Source: a virus | Taxonomy: Duplodnaviria > Caudoviricetes | Reading direction: 5' to 3' (one strand) | DNA: 64,000 nt | IMG/VR virus record: IMGVR_UViG_3300032248_000400 | Span: 9,599 to 73,598 of that record | In this document: in pieces, positions 38,982-49,319 of the stretch | How positions within the stretch are numbered: the first letter of the stretch is position 1 | How the letters are laid out: every line of letters starts with the position of its first letter | Notes under the pieces: generated by a model | The model's input: the letters and a program-made list of their open reading frames with translations, nothing else | What the model was told of the DNA's origin: nothing | The model's database searches: none | Position numbers and translations under genes: made by a program

Positions 38982-39053
38982 GCAGGTATAGTACAATTGT
39001 AAGTGCTCTGATATTCCAAATCAGAAAAGGTCAGTTCGATCCTGACACCTGTT
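38982..39053 (+). tRNA. Atypical or degenerate tRNA-Gly(TCC)
   Basis: T-arm GTCAG-TTCGATC-CTGAC, anticodon arm CTGAT-ATTCCAA-ATCAG; acceptor only 6 bp; D-loop lacks GG. Confidence 0.65.
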
Positions 39054-39072
39054 CAAATCTAACTATAATGCA

Positions 39073-39137
39073 TAACTGGTTGATTACTAATGTATTAAAA
39101 ATATATTTGGTAATATCAGGTATTTGTCGTATCTTAC
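39073..39137 (+). promoter_or_regulatory. IHF-consensus site plus Bacteroidota-type promoter
   Basis: Minus-strand AATCAACCAGTTA at 39073-39085; TTTG 39106-N20-TATCTTAC. Confidence 0.6.
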
Positions 39138-39568
39138 ATATCAATCAAAAAATAAAATTATGTTATTTATTATTTATTTAGTATCTGTAACTTATTGCAT
39201 TTTCAAAATGTATCGTAGTTACAAAAAAAGGGGAATTGACCCAATCTACGCAACACCGGGATTAGAAACAATGGCAATTATTGCAATGGCACCTGTATTG
39301 ATGGCAGTTGATGTATCAATGACTTGGATTAGAGTATATAAAGAAGCTGAAGAATCTCGTATTAGAAGAAATAAAATTGAATTTGATTTTACTGATGATA
39401 AAGGTGAGATATTTTAATATATGAAATACATTTTAATAATTGCACTTATTATCATTAGTAATATAACTAATGCACAGAATGTTCCAATAAAGCCCAAACA
39501 AAAATGGGCCCGGATTGGTTTAATAACAAGCTCAATAGAATTAAATAATAGACAGGTTAGATAAACGT

Positions 39569-40051
39569 ATGGAAAAGAAAAAAATATATTTGTATTTAGA
39601 TGATGTCAGAATTCCAACCGAAGGTGAGTGGGAAGTTGTCCGAAACTATGATGAGTTTGTGAAACATATACTTTTGAACGGATTGGAAAACTATGAAGCA
39701 ATATCACTAGATCACGATTTAGGTGAAGGTGCTATGGTTGAATATTATAGTAATGTTAAACCAAACTATGAATTAGATTATAAACGTATACCGGAAAAAA
39801 CAGGAATGGATTGTGTACGATTTTTAATATTGGAGGTTATGAATAAAAATATATCATTACCAAAAATATATGTACATTCAGCCAATCCAATAGGAGCAGC
39901 AAATATGATGGGATATATAAATAATTATTTCAGAAATAATGGATTACCTGAGGATTGTGTAAAAGTGAAGATTGCCCATACCTATTCAAAGGAAATGAGT
40001 TTAGAAGAAAGAGAAAATAGATATAAAATTATTAACAAATATAAAAAATAA
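39569..40051 (+). CDS. Cyclic-phosphate-processing receiver-like domain protein
   Basis: YLDDVR, ISLDHDLG, TGMDC, VHSANPIG. Confidence 0.7.
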   Translation: MEKKKIYLYLDDVRIPTEGEWEVVRNYDEFVKHILLNGLENYEAISLDHDLGEGAMVEYYSNVKPNYELDYKRIPEKTGMDCVRFLILEVMNKNISLPKIYVHSANPIGAANMMGYINNYFRNNGLPEDCVKVKIAHTYSKEMSLEERENRYKIINKYKK

Positions 40052-40209
40052 GTTATGTTAGGATTTGGAATTGGATTTATAGTAGTAGGATTATGGTTAG
40101 CATTTGAGGTTTGGAGAGCACCTATGATAGATGAGTATACAGGTAGAATACTTAGACCTACTAAAAAATTAAGTGATTTATTTAAAAAAAATAATAAAAA
40201 CAAATAGTT

Positions 40210-40782
40210 ATGGATGTAGAATTTAAAGCATCGTTTTTTGAAAGTGTACAGAAGGTTATTTGGTATGATACTAAGCTATGGAAAGCTTGGAATTTCATCA
40301 AAAGAGGTTTACCGAATTTTTTCAAAAACATATGGAGATTTAGGAAAGAGTTATATAACCATCAATGGTGGGATTACCATTTCACATTGGAAATGTTGTA
40401 TCGTTCTCTGTCCATAGTGGAAAAAGGTATATCTGAACGAGGGATTGAAGTAGATGAGAGTAAAAATATAAAGGTAGTTAAAATGCGTAGAGCATTAGAA
40501 CTACTTAATCATAAATTGGATAATGATTATGTGGAAAGAGCAGAATTGGAATTTGGTGGAATAGTATTTAAACCATTTAATCTTGAAGAATTGGAAAATG
40601 GAAATTATCGTTTATCATTAAATGAAACTCCTGCTGAAAAGAAACATTCGCGTAAGGTCTTTAAAAGAGCGGCGCAATTGGAAGATGCAGAGTGGAAGGA
40701 ATTGTGGGAAATTTTTAAAGGAAAGAACTTTAAAACAATTGAAAGCTTTGATGGTAGTGATATGAGGACTTGGTGGGATTAA
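40210..40782 (+). CDS. Hypothetical phage protein
   Basis: 190-aa ORF, WDY...WWD. Confidence 0.6.
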   Translation: MDVEFKASFFESVQKVIWYDTKLWKAWNFIKRGLPNFFKNIWRFRKELYNHQWWDYHFTLEMLYRSLSIVEKGISERGIEVDESKNIKVVKMRRALELLNHKLDNDYVERAELEFGGIVFKPFNLEELENGNYRLSLNETPAEKKHSRKVFKRAAQLEDAEWKELWEIFKGKNFKTIESFDGSDMRTWWD

Positions 40783-41202
40783 TTTAAATCAATTATAAAC
40801 AAATATACAACAATCACCATTATGAGCACTTTAATCGTTATCGGCCTCGTCCTACTCGTTACAATTCCCATTTCAATATTATGGGCAAAAGGAATTTCAA
40901 ACATGAAAGAAAACCACCCAACCTATAAAGGTGATGATTTTTTAAGTACAGCCGCCGGCAGAGATGCTTGGGATGATGCTCATACAGAAGCAGAAATTTA
41001 AAAACAAATATAATATATGAAAAGAATACCGACATTAATCGTAAAATGGCTTGCTAATAAACTAGGATATAAAATTGCAATGCTCAAAGCGGCAAAGGGA
41101 ATAACAACAATTGAAGGTGATAAAGAATTACTTCGATATGTAGACATAGCCGGTTATTTCTTTAAAAAAGAGCCAATAAAAAGAACTTATTAATAATAAA
41201 AT

Positions 41203-41544
41203 ATGAAAGAATGGATAGCAAAATACCAAAAAGCAATAGTTGGTACGGGAGCAATATCGGTACTACTGATATGCTATTTACAGCAAAAAGAATTAACAAA
41301 ACTGCGTAGTGAAAGAAATGGTTTAATAGAACATATGGTTGATGCGCATGCCATGCAAGGTGGTGATATTGCAAAAGCACAATATATTGATTCATTACAA
41401 AAAGTAACTGATAGTTTATATGGTGAATTATTTCCTGCTCAAGTAGAACTTGGTAGATATAAAGTTGCTTATGAAATCTTTGTGGAAAGAAACCCAAAAG
41501 CAGCAAAGCAATACGGTGATATAATTTCAAATGAAACAGAATAA
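41203..41544 (+). CDS. TM-anchored hypothetical protein
   Basis: N-terminal hydrophobic helix. Confidence 0.5.
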   Translation: MKEWIAKYQKAIVGTGAISVLLICYLQQKELTKLRSERNGLIEHMVDAHAMQGGDIAKAQYIDSLQKVTDSLYGELFPAQVELGRYKVAYEIFVERNPKAAKQYGDIISNETE

Positions 41545-41735
41545 TATGCAACACGATTTTGATATATTAGTTACTCTATGCGAAATTAGAGACCTATTAA
41601 AAAAACAAAATGAGATATTAGAAAATCAACAATCACAATCACAAACTAAAATTACAGTCGTTGGAAATAAGGTTAACCCGAATACCAAAGGACTGAAAAG
41701 TAAAGAAGATTTTACCCTATAAATAGTGGGTTTTA

Positions 41736-41860
41736 TAACTGGTTGATAATCAAAGACTTACATATGTAGGTCTTTTTTTATGCGTATTACATTGGTAATC
41801 AATGAGTTATGGGATATGGAAAAATAAATTTGGCCATATCAAAAAAATGTCGTATATTTA
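41736..41860 (+). promoter_or_regulatory. IHF sites, hairpin and promoter cassette
   Basis: WATCAANNNNTTR matches at 41736-41748 (-), 41748-41760 (+), 41797-41809 (+); hairpin 41753-41774 plus T run; TTTG 41829-N20-TATATTTA. Confidence 0.7.
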
Positions 41861-41909
41861 CATATATTCACAAATTAATCACAATAAAAACAACAAAAAT
41901 TTCCGAGCT

Positions 41910-44150
41910 ATGAGTTGGTACACAAATTTTAAGAAGGGCACAAAAGATGCCGTAGTAAATGCTAAATCAAAAGTATCATCCTTTTGGTATGATGATTATG
42001 ATACATCATTTGACTATTTAGAAGAATATGGTTCAATGAAGTCAAGTGACTTGAATGCGTATAAAAATACACATAACCTATATAAGTTATCATCTGTTAG
42101 AAGGGCGATATCAAATTTCGTACAAATTGTAACTAACAAATCAATCCCTGTTTCTTTCGCTACAAAGAGTGATAGTAAAACAGATGGTAAAAAAGTTATC
42201 CTATCAGCTGATGTTGATGATAATTTTGATGTATCAGTTGGTTTGGCATTGCACGAAGGTTCACATATCATTCTTTCAGATTTCAAATTATTGTATTGTA
42301 TGAGTCAGATGCGAATTAATACTGATAACGCTGATATACGTTTAAAACATCAACAACAATATCGGATTGATAATAACGAACAACCTTTATCAGATGATGA
42401 AATTGCAAAAATGTTGGAAGATACTATAAAAGATAATATTCAAAAATATGCACCAAATTATCAATCACAAATGATGGATATCTATTCCAATACGGGTAAG
42501 ATTGGCAGTATGGGTTGGCCGGTATCTGAAACAATTGATACAATACAAGCTTTGACTAATTGGATTGAAGATAGACGTATTGACCAATACATATATAATT
42601 CAGCACCCGGTTATAGAGATTACTATACTCAAATGTATAATCACTATTTCAATGATAAGATAGTTAGTAAAGGTATTGCAAGTGATGAATTTACCGAAGA
42701 AACTATGCAGAGTTATATGTTCCGTATCATTAATCTAATGAATGAGAATACCGACTTGAGTAAGTTGAAAGGATTGAGAACAATTTATCGTATGATGGAT
42801 TTTAAGAACGTTGCTAGATTGAAAACTACAACGGAATCATTGACTCTTGCAATTGATATTGTTGCTGAAATACTAAAACGTATAAAAGCTGAACCACAGC
42901 AATCAGGCCAACAACAACAATCAGCCGGTGGGAATGGTAATATGGATAATGGTGCCGATATTAATGAAGATGGTGAAAATGAAGAGAATGAAATGGGTGG
43001 TACTAATATGGATATTGATATAGCCGGCAATCAAACAGGCGAAGGTAAAGATATGTTATCTAAAACTGCAGCTCAACAATTATTAAAGAAATTCGAAAAA
43101 CAAAAAGATTTTCTTAATGGGCAATTAAAGAAAAAAACTATAACCAAATCAGAACAAACAAAATTAGATACCATTCAAGAATCAGGTACTGAATTGGTTC
43201 GTGTTGGTATGGACTATGAAGGTGGCCGACTAGCTAAAGGTGTTGATTGTATCGTAGTGAAGAAGATTACATCTGATTTATTAAATAGTTCAGATTTTCC
43301 ATTTACACAAAAGAGTTGGTCATCTGATGAACTTTGTGTATATCACGAAGATGAAGTAAGACGTGGTACTGTATTAGGTACTCTATTGGGTAAGAAACTA
43401 CAAATCAGAAGTGAAAGTCGTGAGACAGTTTTCAGTAGATTGAAGAAGGGTAAGATTGATGGTAGAATGATTGCTTCATTGGGATATGATAATGAGAATG
43501 TGTTTTACACAAATGAGATAGACCAATTTAAGAAAGGCAACTTACATATATCAATTGATTACTCCGGCTCAATGCATGGTGGAAACTTAAAGAAATGTAT
43601 TGTATCAACCGTTGCCATAGTGAAAGCTTGCCAGATGGCTCGTAATATCAATGTGCAAGTATCAATACGTTCAACCGATACGGGTGGTAAATGTTTACCA
43701 TATATTGCATTGGTGTATGATAGCCGTAGAGATACATTCCGTCAGTTCTGTCGTTATATGAGTGTAATGAATTGTACTAATACAACACCCGAAGGTTTGT
43801 GTTTTGAAGCAATTATGAAAGAACTTATCCCATCAACAAATGATATGGATAGTTATTTCTTAAATTTCTCAGATGGTGAACCTTGTTTCAATATCAGCAC
43901 TGGTACTGATGAAATTCATTATGGAGGTGATACCGCTGCAACGCATACTGCAAAGCAAGTGAAGAAAATGAAGAAAAATGGTATAAATGTACTTTCATAT
44001 TTCATTTCTAATTATAGTCGGGATATAGAAGGTAATTCATCGTGGCAAACATTCAAAAAATGTTATGGTAATGACTCAAAGCATGTAAATGTAGAAAATA
44101 TGTTTGAAGTTGCTAAAACAATGAATGAATTATTTTTAAAGAAACAATAG
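41910..44150 (+). CDS. HExxH-domain plus vWA (CobT/CbbO-like) protein
   Basis: ALHEGSH, WIEDRRID, IDYSGSM (MIDAS), TPEG, SDGEP. ATG 41910 lies downstream of the promoter. Confidence 0.82.
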   Translation: MSWYTNFKKGTKDAVVNAKSKVSSFWYDDYDTSFDYLEEYGSMKSSDLNAYKNTHNLYKLSSVRRAISNFVQIVTNKSIPVSFATKSDSKTDGKKVILSADVDDNFDVSVGLALHEGSHIILSDFKLLYCMSQMRINTDNADIRLKHQQQYRIDNNEQPLSDDEIAKMLEDTIKDNIQKYAPNYQSQMMDIYSNTGKIGSMGWPVSETIDTIQALTNWIEDRRIDQYIYNSAPGYRDYYTQMYNHYFNDKIVSKGIASDEFTEETMQSYMFRIINLMNENTDLSKLKGLRTIYRMMDFKNVARLKTTTESLTLAIDIVAEILKRIKAEPQQSGQQQQSAGGNGNMDNGADINEDGENEENEMGGTNMDIDIAGNQTGEGKDMLSKTAAQQLLKKFEKQKDFLNGQLKKKTITKSEQTKLDTIQESGTELVRVGMDYEGGRLAKGVDCIVVKKITSDLLNSSDFPFTQKSWSSDELCVYHEDEVRRGTVLGTLLGKKLQIRSESRETVFSRLKKGKIDGRMIASLGYDNENVFYTNEIDQFKKGNLHISIDYSGSMHGGNLKKCIVSTVAIVKACQMARNINVQVSIRSTDTGGKCLPYIALVYDSRRDTFRQFCRYMSVMNCTNTTPEGLCFEAIMKELIPSTNDMDSYFLNFSDGEPCFNISTGTDEIHYGGDTAATHTAKQVKKMKKNGINVLSYFISNYSRDIEGNSSWQTFKKCYGNDSKHVNVENMFEVAKTMNELFLKKQ

Positions 44151-44193
44151 GCTCGGAAAGCCCCTATGTAGTGGGGCTTTACAACCCCCTACA

Positions 44194-44307
44194 TAACTCG
44201 TTGATAATCAAAGGAATACATATTATTCCTTTTTTTATTGCGTAAAACGTTACAAATCAATGACTTATAAATACTTTTGGCTATGTCAAAAAAAAGTTGT
44301 ATATTTG
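44194..44307 (+). promoter_or_regulatory. IHF sites, hairpin and promoter cassette (paralog of 41736)
   Basis: IHF matches 44194-44206 (-) and 44255-44267 (+); TTTG 44276-N20-TATATTTG. Confidence 0.7.
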
Positions 44308-44340
44308 ATATAATCAATCACCAATTAAAAGGATAATTTT

Positions 44341-45663
44341 ATGCCTAAAACAAATGTAAAAAAATCACAAACTACTAAAACAAAAAAAATGGTAAAAAGA
44401 AAAACAACGCCTCGTAAGACAGTTAAACGTGTTAGTACAAAAAAATCAACAACAGATATTAATGTTGGTTTTACTACTGAATGTTACAAAGTAATTCAAA
44501 TGGGTAGAACGTTCGCAATGTTAACTACGAAAAATGATGTAGTTCAGAAATTGGCCGGTGTATCTAAACAAAAGATGAAACAGGCTCATACCGAAGGTAA
44601 AGCAATTCGTGGGTATGTTGGTAAAACCGGCTCACTTACTTATAAAATGGTAGAGATGGATGATTTCAAAAAACTGGCAAACACAATCAATGATGAAGCA
44701 TGTGATAGTGTAAGTGAAGCATTTGAAACACACGAACATCTTAAACAATTCATTCATACTAAAGGTATGGAACTGAAACCCGAAGGATTGTTTATTGAAC
44801 AATTGAAGTGGAAATATCTTCTTCGTTCAGCAGTTAGGGGTAAGAACATAATGATGCTTGGCCCAACCGGTTGTGGTAAAACACTTGCCGCTCAATCTTT
44901 GGTTAAATCATTGAAACGACCTGATTTCTATTTCAACTTAGGTGCTACGCAAGATGCTAGAGCAGCTCTTATTGGTAACACACATTTTGATAAAATTAAA
45001 GGTACGTTCTTTAGTGAATCCGCTTTCGTTAAAGCAATCAAAACTCCAAACGCAATCATCTTATTGGATGAGTTGAGTAGAGCACATCCAGAAGCTGCGA
45101 ATATCTTAATGACTGTATTAGATGCAGGACAACGATATCTTCGTTTAGATGAGGCTGATGGTTCACCAATTGTAAAAGTTGCAAGTGGTGTTACATTCAT
45201 CGCTACCGCTAACGTAGGTAATGAGTACACAGCGACTCGTATTATGGATAGGGCTCTATTGGATAGGTTCGTAACTATTGAAATGGATTTGTTGGATAAG
45301 CAAAGTGAATATGAATTATTGAAATTCAAATTCCCTGAAGCAAACGATTACGAATTGAACGCATTGGCTGAGATTGCTGATACGACTCGCCAGTTAATCA
45401 AAACTGATATGAGTAAGGTATCAACGATTGTATCTACCCGTGTTAACGTAGAGGCAGCTGGATTGATATATGATGGCTTCTCTCTAATGGAGGCGGCTGA
45501 GATTGCAATCCTTCCATACTTTTCAAATGATGGTGGACTTGATTCGGAGCGTGTGTTCATTAAGCAATTGGTTCAGAAATTTATTAAATCCGCTGATGAA
45601 TCAGAACTTTTTACAGAAGTGAAAGATGAAGAAGGACAGGATGAAGAAACTATCAAGTGGTAG
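44341..45663 (+). CDS. MoxR/CbbQ/NorQ-family AAA+ ATPase
   Basis: GPTGCGKT, ILLDELSR, FIATAN, DRALLDRF, STR. Confidence 0.9.
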   Translation: MPKTNVKKSQTTKTKKMVKRKTTPRKTVKRVSTKKSTTDINVGFTTECYKVIQMGRTFAMLTTKNDVVQKLAGVSKQKMKQAHTEGKAIRGYVGKTGSLTYKMVEMDDFKKLANTINDEACDSVSEAFETHEHLKQFIHTKGMELKPEGLFIEQLKWKYLLRSAVRGKNIMMLGPTGCGKTLAAQSLVKSLKRPDFYFNLGATQDARAALIGNTHFDKIKGTFFSESAFVKAIKTPNAIILLDELSRAHPEAANILMTVLDAGQRYLRLDEADGSPIVKVASGVTFIATANVGNEYTATRIMDRALLDRFVTIEMDLLDKQSEYELLKFKFPEANDYELNALAEIADTTRQLIKTDMSKVSTIVSTRVNVEAAGLIYDGFSLMEAAEIAILPYFSNDGGLDSERVFIKQLVQKFIKSADESELFTEVKDEEGQDEETIKW

Positions 45664-45683
45664 TAGTTTAATGGTGATTAGTT

Positions 45684-45717
45684 AAGGGGGGACTTCGGTC
45701 CCTCTTTTTCTTTTTTT
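45684..45717 (+). terminator. Intrinsic terminator
   Basis: GGGGGAC-TTCG-GTCCCTC followed by a T run. Confidence 0.9.
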
Positions 45718-45745
45718 AGTATATTTAAGATATAAAAGTAAAGTT

Positions 45746-46483
45746 ATGAAAACAATAGTATTAGGTGATACGCATGGACGTTCCAATTGGAAACTTGCGA
45801 TACATCAAGACAACCCGGATAGAGTTATCTTTATAGGTGATTACTTTGATTCATATGAGATTAGTGGGGTAGAACAGATTGATAATTTTAAACAAATAAT
45901 CCAATACAAAGAAAATAACCCACAAGTTGAAGTTATAATGTTGATTGGTAACCACGATCATCATTACTTTCCTGAAATTGGTTACACCGGAACTAGTGGG
46001 TATCAATCAGGAGTTGGCCACTCAATTACTCAAGTTATAGATGAAAATAGACATCACCTACAAATGGCTTATGGTTTTGAAGATTATTTATTCACCCATG
46101 CTGGAGTTAGTCCTGTGTTTATGGACCAAGTATTTGGTACTGATGGTTGGAATGAGGAGAGTGTTATAGTAGACTTAAATGAGTTGTTTAGATATAAACC
46201 TAGAGCATTCCTATTCAATGGGTTTGATTCAAGTGGTGATAGTCAAACACAAACTCCAATTTGGATTAGACCTGGATCATTAATGTCTGTGAATAAGAAA
46301 CATAAAAAAGGTTTAAAGAAAGACTACATTCAAATTGTAGGTCATACTCAAATGAAGAAACTTGATTTAGTGGGTAGTGATAAATTTACGGGTGGAAGAT
46401 ATTATTTTATAGATACTATGGACACATCGGGACAATATTTGATAATAGAAGATAGTACATTAAAAGTAAATTCAGTAAGATAA
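45746..46483 (+). CDS. Calcineurin-like metallophosphoesterase
   Basis: GDTHG, GDYFD, GNHD, THAG, VGHT. Confidence 0.9.
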   Translation: MKTIVLGDTHGRSNWKLAIHQDNPDRVIFIGDYFDSYEISGVEQIDNFKQIIQYKENNPQVEVIMLIGNHDHHYFPEIGYTGTSGYQSGVGHSITQVIDENRHHLQMAYGFEDYLFTHAGVSPVFMDQVFGTDGWNEESVIVDLNELFRYKPRAFLFNGFDSSGDSQTQTPIWIRPGSLMSVNKKHKKGLKKDYIQIVGHTQMKKLDLVGSDKFTGGRYYFIDTMDTSGQYLIIEDSTLKVNSVR

Positions 46484-46488
46484 AAGTT

Positions 46489-47064
46489 ATGAAAGTAGAT
46501 AGAGAAAAGTTGGAATGGTATTTAAAAAATATCAGAAGGGATAATGAGAATATATCAGATACCGAATTGATAAATAAATTGGCAAATTGGATAGAAAGAA
46601 ATCCAGGTTGTATTGATGCGAATGGTGTATCGGATCGAGGTCGTTATTATTATTCAACGGTCGGTTATGGTATATTCAGTTTGTTAGGTGAGAGATATCG
46701 AATGGGTAGAATAGAAGTGTTTGATAAACAAACTGAAAGTAATTATCAAATAGATGAAGGAAGTTATTGTATGCCGTTTGTAGCAGCAAATCAATTTGAG
46801 GATTTCATAGAATCTTTACAAACTGATTTACCAATTCATATCGAAATGGGTAGTGTTGATGAATGTAATAGAGCAACCGCTGAAGAGTTGGGAATAGAAC
46901 CCGATAAGATGCATGATAAAGAAACAATAAAAGAAGTTTACAAAAAGAAAAATGATATCTACGCAAAAGAGCAAGGATATAAAGATTGGGATGATTTATT
47001 AGCACATTCAAAATTTGGACCTAAAAATAAAGACAATGACACGAACACAACAAAAAACAAATAA
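46489..47064 (+). CDS. Hypothetical protein
   Basis: Tightly packed + strand ORF. Confidence 0.55.
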   Translation: MKVDREKLEWYLKNIRRDNENISDTELINKLANWIERNPGCIDANGVSDRGRYYYSTVGYGIFSLLGERYRMGRIEVFDKQTESNYQIDEGSYCMPFVAANQFEDFIESLQTDLPIHIEMGSVDECNRATAEELGIEPDKMHDKETIKEVYKKKNDIYAKEQGYKDWDDLLAHSKFGPKNKDNDTNTTKNK

Positions 47065-47623
47065 GGAAAGACTTATATTAAAAGAACTCATTGATAAGAT
47101 GTTTGAAATAGCAGGACACCCTCTTAAATTTGAAGATGTAGAAGGTAGAACCGATAATTGGTTTCAACAATACACTATGACTGAAGCTCAAAATACAGAG
47201 TGGCGAGATTGGGGTACTAAATTTATAAGTAAGAAACGTCGCTTTGGTATAAAATTAGCTGATCGTGAAATGAGAATGCTAGACTTATATTGTGGATTAA
47301 GTATATCAGATAGTAGATTTGCAAAAGAAGAAAACAAAATAACTATGAAAGAACAAAAGAAGTTGCTTATTGAAATAATGGAATCAGATGCTAAGGATGG
47401 TTTGTATAAACAACAAACATCAGTAGAATGGCTATTCATTCAGTTATATGAAAAGTTTGAGATGAAGGGTGATGGTAAAGAGATGAATGCGATACTCGAA
47501 CAAGCCAAAGCAATGGAAGCTGATAAAATAGTAACCGCTTATGAAACCGGATGGGTTAATGGTGATTTAAAGAAAGCTCCCAGATTTGGAAGTGATTATT
47601 ACGAACAAACATTTAATAAATAA
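47015..47623 (+). CDS. Hypothetical composite protein (start may be ~47036)
   Basis: C-terminal QTSVEWL...EQAKAME...YYEQTF module. Confidence 0.5.
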   Translation: MDLKIKTMTRTQQKTNKERLILKELIDKMFEIAGHPLKFEDVEGRTDNWFQQYTMTEAQNTEWRDWGTKFISKKRRFGIKLADREMRMLDLYCGLSISDSRFAKEENKITMKEQKKLLIEIMESDAKDGLYKQQTSVEWLFIQLYEKFEMKGDGKEMNAILEQAKAMEADKIVTAYETGWVNGDLKKAPRFGSDYYEQTFNK

Positions 47624-47642
47624 AAAGTAAAAAAATAAAGTT

Positions 47643-48125
47643 ATGGGATTTTTTAGTTGGAAAACACAAGACACGGATAGAAGTATTTGTAACTCATACT
47701 CAAATAGAGTGCCATTTTTAGTTCAAATGGTTGATAACAATGGGAATGTATGGAGTGAAAACGAATATGATGGGTATGGTAGATTTGGTAATAAAGATTA
47801 TTACGAACTACTTGCTGAAATGAACGGAATTGAATGCGATTTGATTGGTGAAGAATATACCTACTATATGAGAGGTGCAGGTATTGATTTAGCATTTAAA
47901 AATAATCCATCGGGTGTAGGAACAGAAGGTGTATTATATCCTAACTTAGTTGAGATGGCTAAGGGATGGGAATATGAACGGATGGGACCTGATACTTGTG
48001 ACTTTCAGGGATATTTTTATGATGAAGAAGAACATTTAACCGATACGATGTCAGAAGATAAGTATTGGAAAGCAGTAACAACGTATAGTGAAAGAAATTC
48101 AATTACAGATGAAGATTTGTGGTAA
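47643..48125 (+). CDS. Hypothetical phage protein
   Basis: MGFFSW...YDGYGRFG..DYYELLA. Confidence 0.6.
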   Translation: MGFFSWKTQDTDRSICNSYSNRVPFLVQMVDNNGNVWSENEYDGYGRFGNKDYYELLAEMNGIECDLIGEEYTYYMRGAGIDLAFKNNPSGVGTEGVLYPNLVEMAKGWEYERMGPDTCDFQGYFYDEEEHLTDTMSEDKYWKAVTTYSERNSITDEDLW

Positions 48126-48486
48126 TAAAAAATAAACAATATGCTTAAGATAGTTAATACGGGTGAGTTATATAAGATAGTATCACATGATGTTAGGATT
48201 ACGGATATAATAGTTGAGCCTGATTTTTATAGATTTAATTTCAGACATGAGGCATATCCAACAAAGGATTTTGATTATCATTTACAGAGGGATAGTTTGT
48301 ATAGTTTTGATGCAACAAATTATTTATATAAGGGGTGGTTGCATTATGGAAACAATAACAGTATTTATTCCATAAACAAAAATTCCCTATTGGCAACATG
48401 CAACTTTTTAGATTTCTTATCAGATTCAGTACACGATTGGGATTTCGTAACAAACAAATAAACATTAAAAATTAAAAATAAACATT

Positions 48487-49113
48487 ATGCCAAATTGGTG
48501 CAGTAACACATTAGAAGTTAGAGGTAACGTAGAACAACTTAAAGAATTTACAGAAAAATCATTCATAGCAGAGACTGGTAAATTTACAATGGATGGGCTA
48601 TTACCAACTCCAAAAGAATTAACAGAAGTGACTTCGCCTGTTATGTGGAGAGGTGATGAAACGGATCTAGAAGGTAAGGCTACATTTGAAGCCGAAGCAA
48701 AACGAATTGAGGAAACTTATGGACATGCTGATTGGTATTCGTGGAATACAACTAATTGGGGAACTAAATGGGATGTGGCGGAATCAACTATTGGATTTAT
48801 GGATGATGATGCACTTATTGTTTCATATGATACGGCTTGGAGCCCTAATATAAATTGGGTGGAACAAGTTAGTAAAATGTTTCCTGATTTGGAATTTAGA
48901 TTAAGTTTTATGGAGCCAGGTTGTAATTTTTGTGGAGTAGCACATTGTGTAGATGGTGAAGTAGAAGTTTCGGAAGGTGATATTGAATGGACAGATGAAG
49001 ATGGAAATCCGGTTGCAACAAATGATGATGGTAGGTGGTATCGTACAGATACAAATGAAATAATTGAGGATGAAGATTTTTATCCGTTTGAAAATAACCC
49101 ATTTGATTATTAA
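48487..49113 (+). CDS. DUF1281/YubB ferredoxin-like domain protein
   Basis: MPNWCSNTL, WYSWNTTNWGTKWD, YDTAWSP, EPG. Confidence 0.75.
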   Translation: MPNWCSNTLEVRGNVEQLKEFTEKSFIAETGKFTMDGLLPTPKELTEVTSPVMWRGDETDLEGKATFEAEAKRIEETYGHADWYSWNTTNWGTKWDVAESTIGFMDDDALIVSYDTAWSPNINWVEQVSKMFPDLEFRLSFMEPGCNFCGVAHCVDGEVEVSEGDIEWTDEDGNPVATNDDGRWYRTDTNEIIEDEDFYPFENNPFDY

Positions 49114-49319
49114 ATAAATTTATTATGAACATAATACAAAAAGTAAGTGAAGATGAATTTGCAGATGAATACATCTTATTGAGTAAAGAATCAGTTGATA
49201 GATTGGTAAAACGAAGTGAATTTAAAGATGATGAACTGACTCAGAAAGTAATTGTCCAATTTGGTAAATGGATACACGCAAATAATTTAATAGAGGAAGA
49301 TAATTAAAAAATAAGTTAT

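Noticed and set aside
35466-39181. Track ORFs 35466, 36324(-), the 37862 N-terminal extension and 38927
   Set aside because: They overlap tmRNA, the large RNA or tRNAs and have atypical composition.
41910-45663. AAA+/vWA pair as a CbbQ/CbbO RuBisCO activase for the RLP
   Set aside because: The pair lies 37 kb from the RLP under separate promoters, such pairs are common in phages without RLPs, and the RLP is not a carboxylase.
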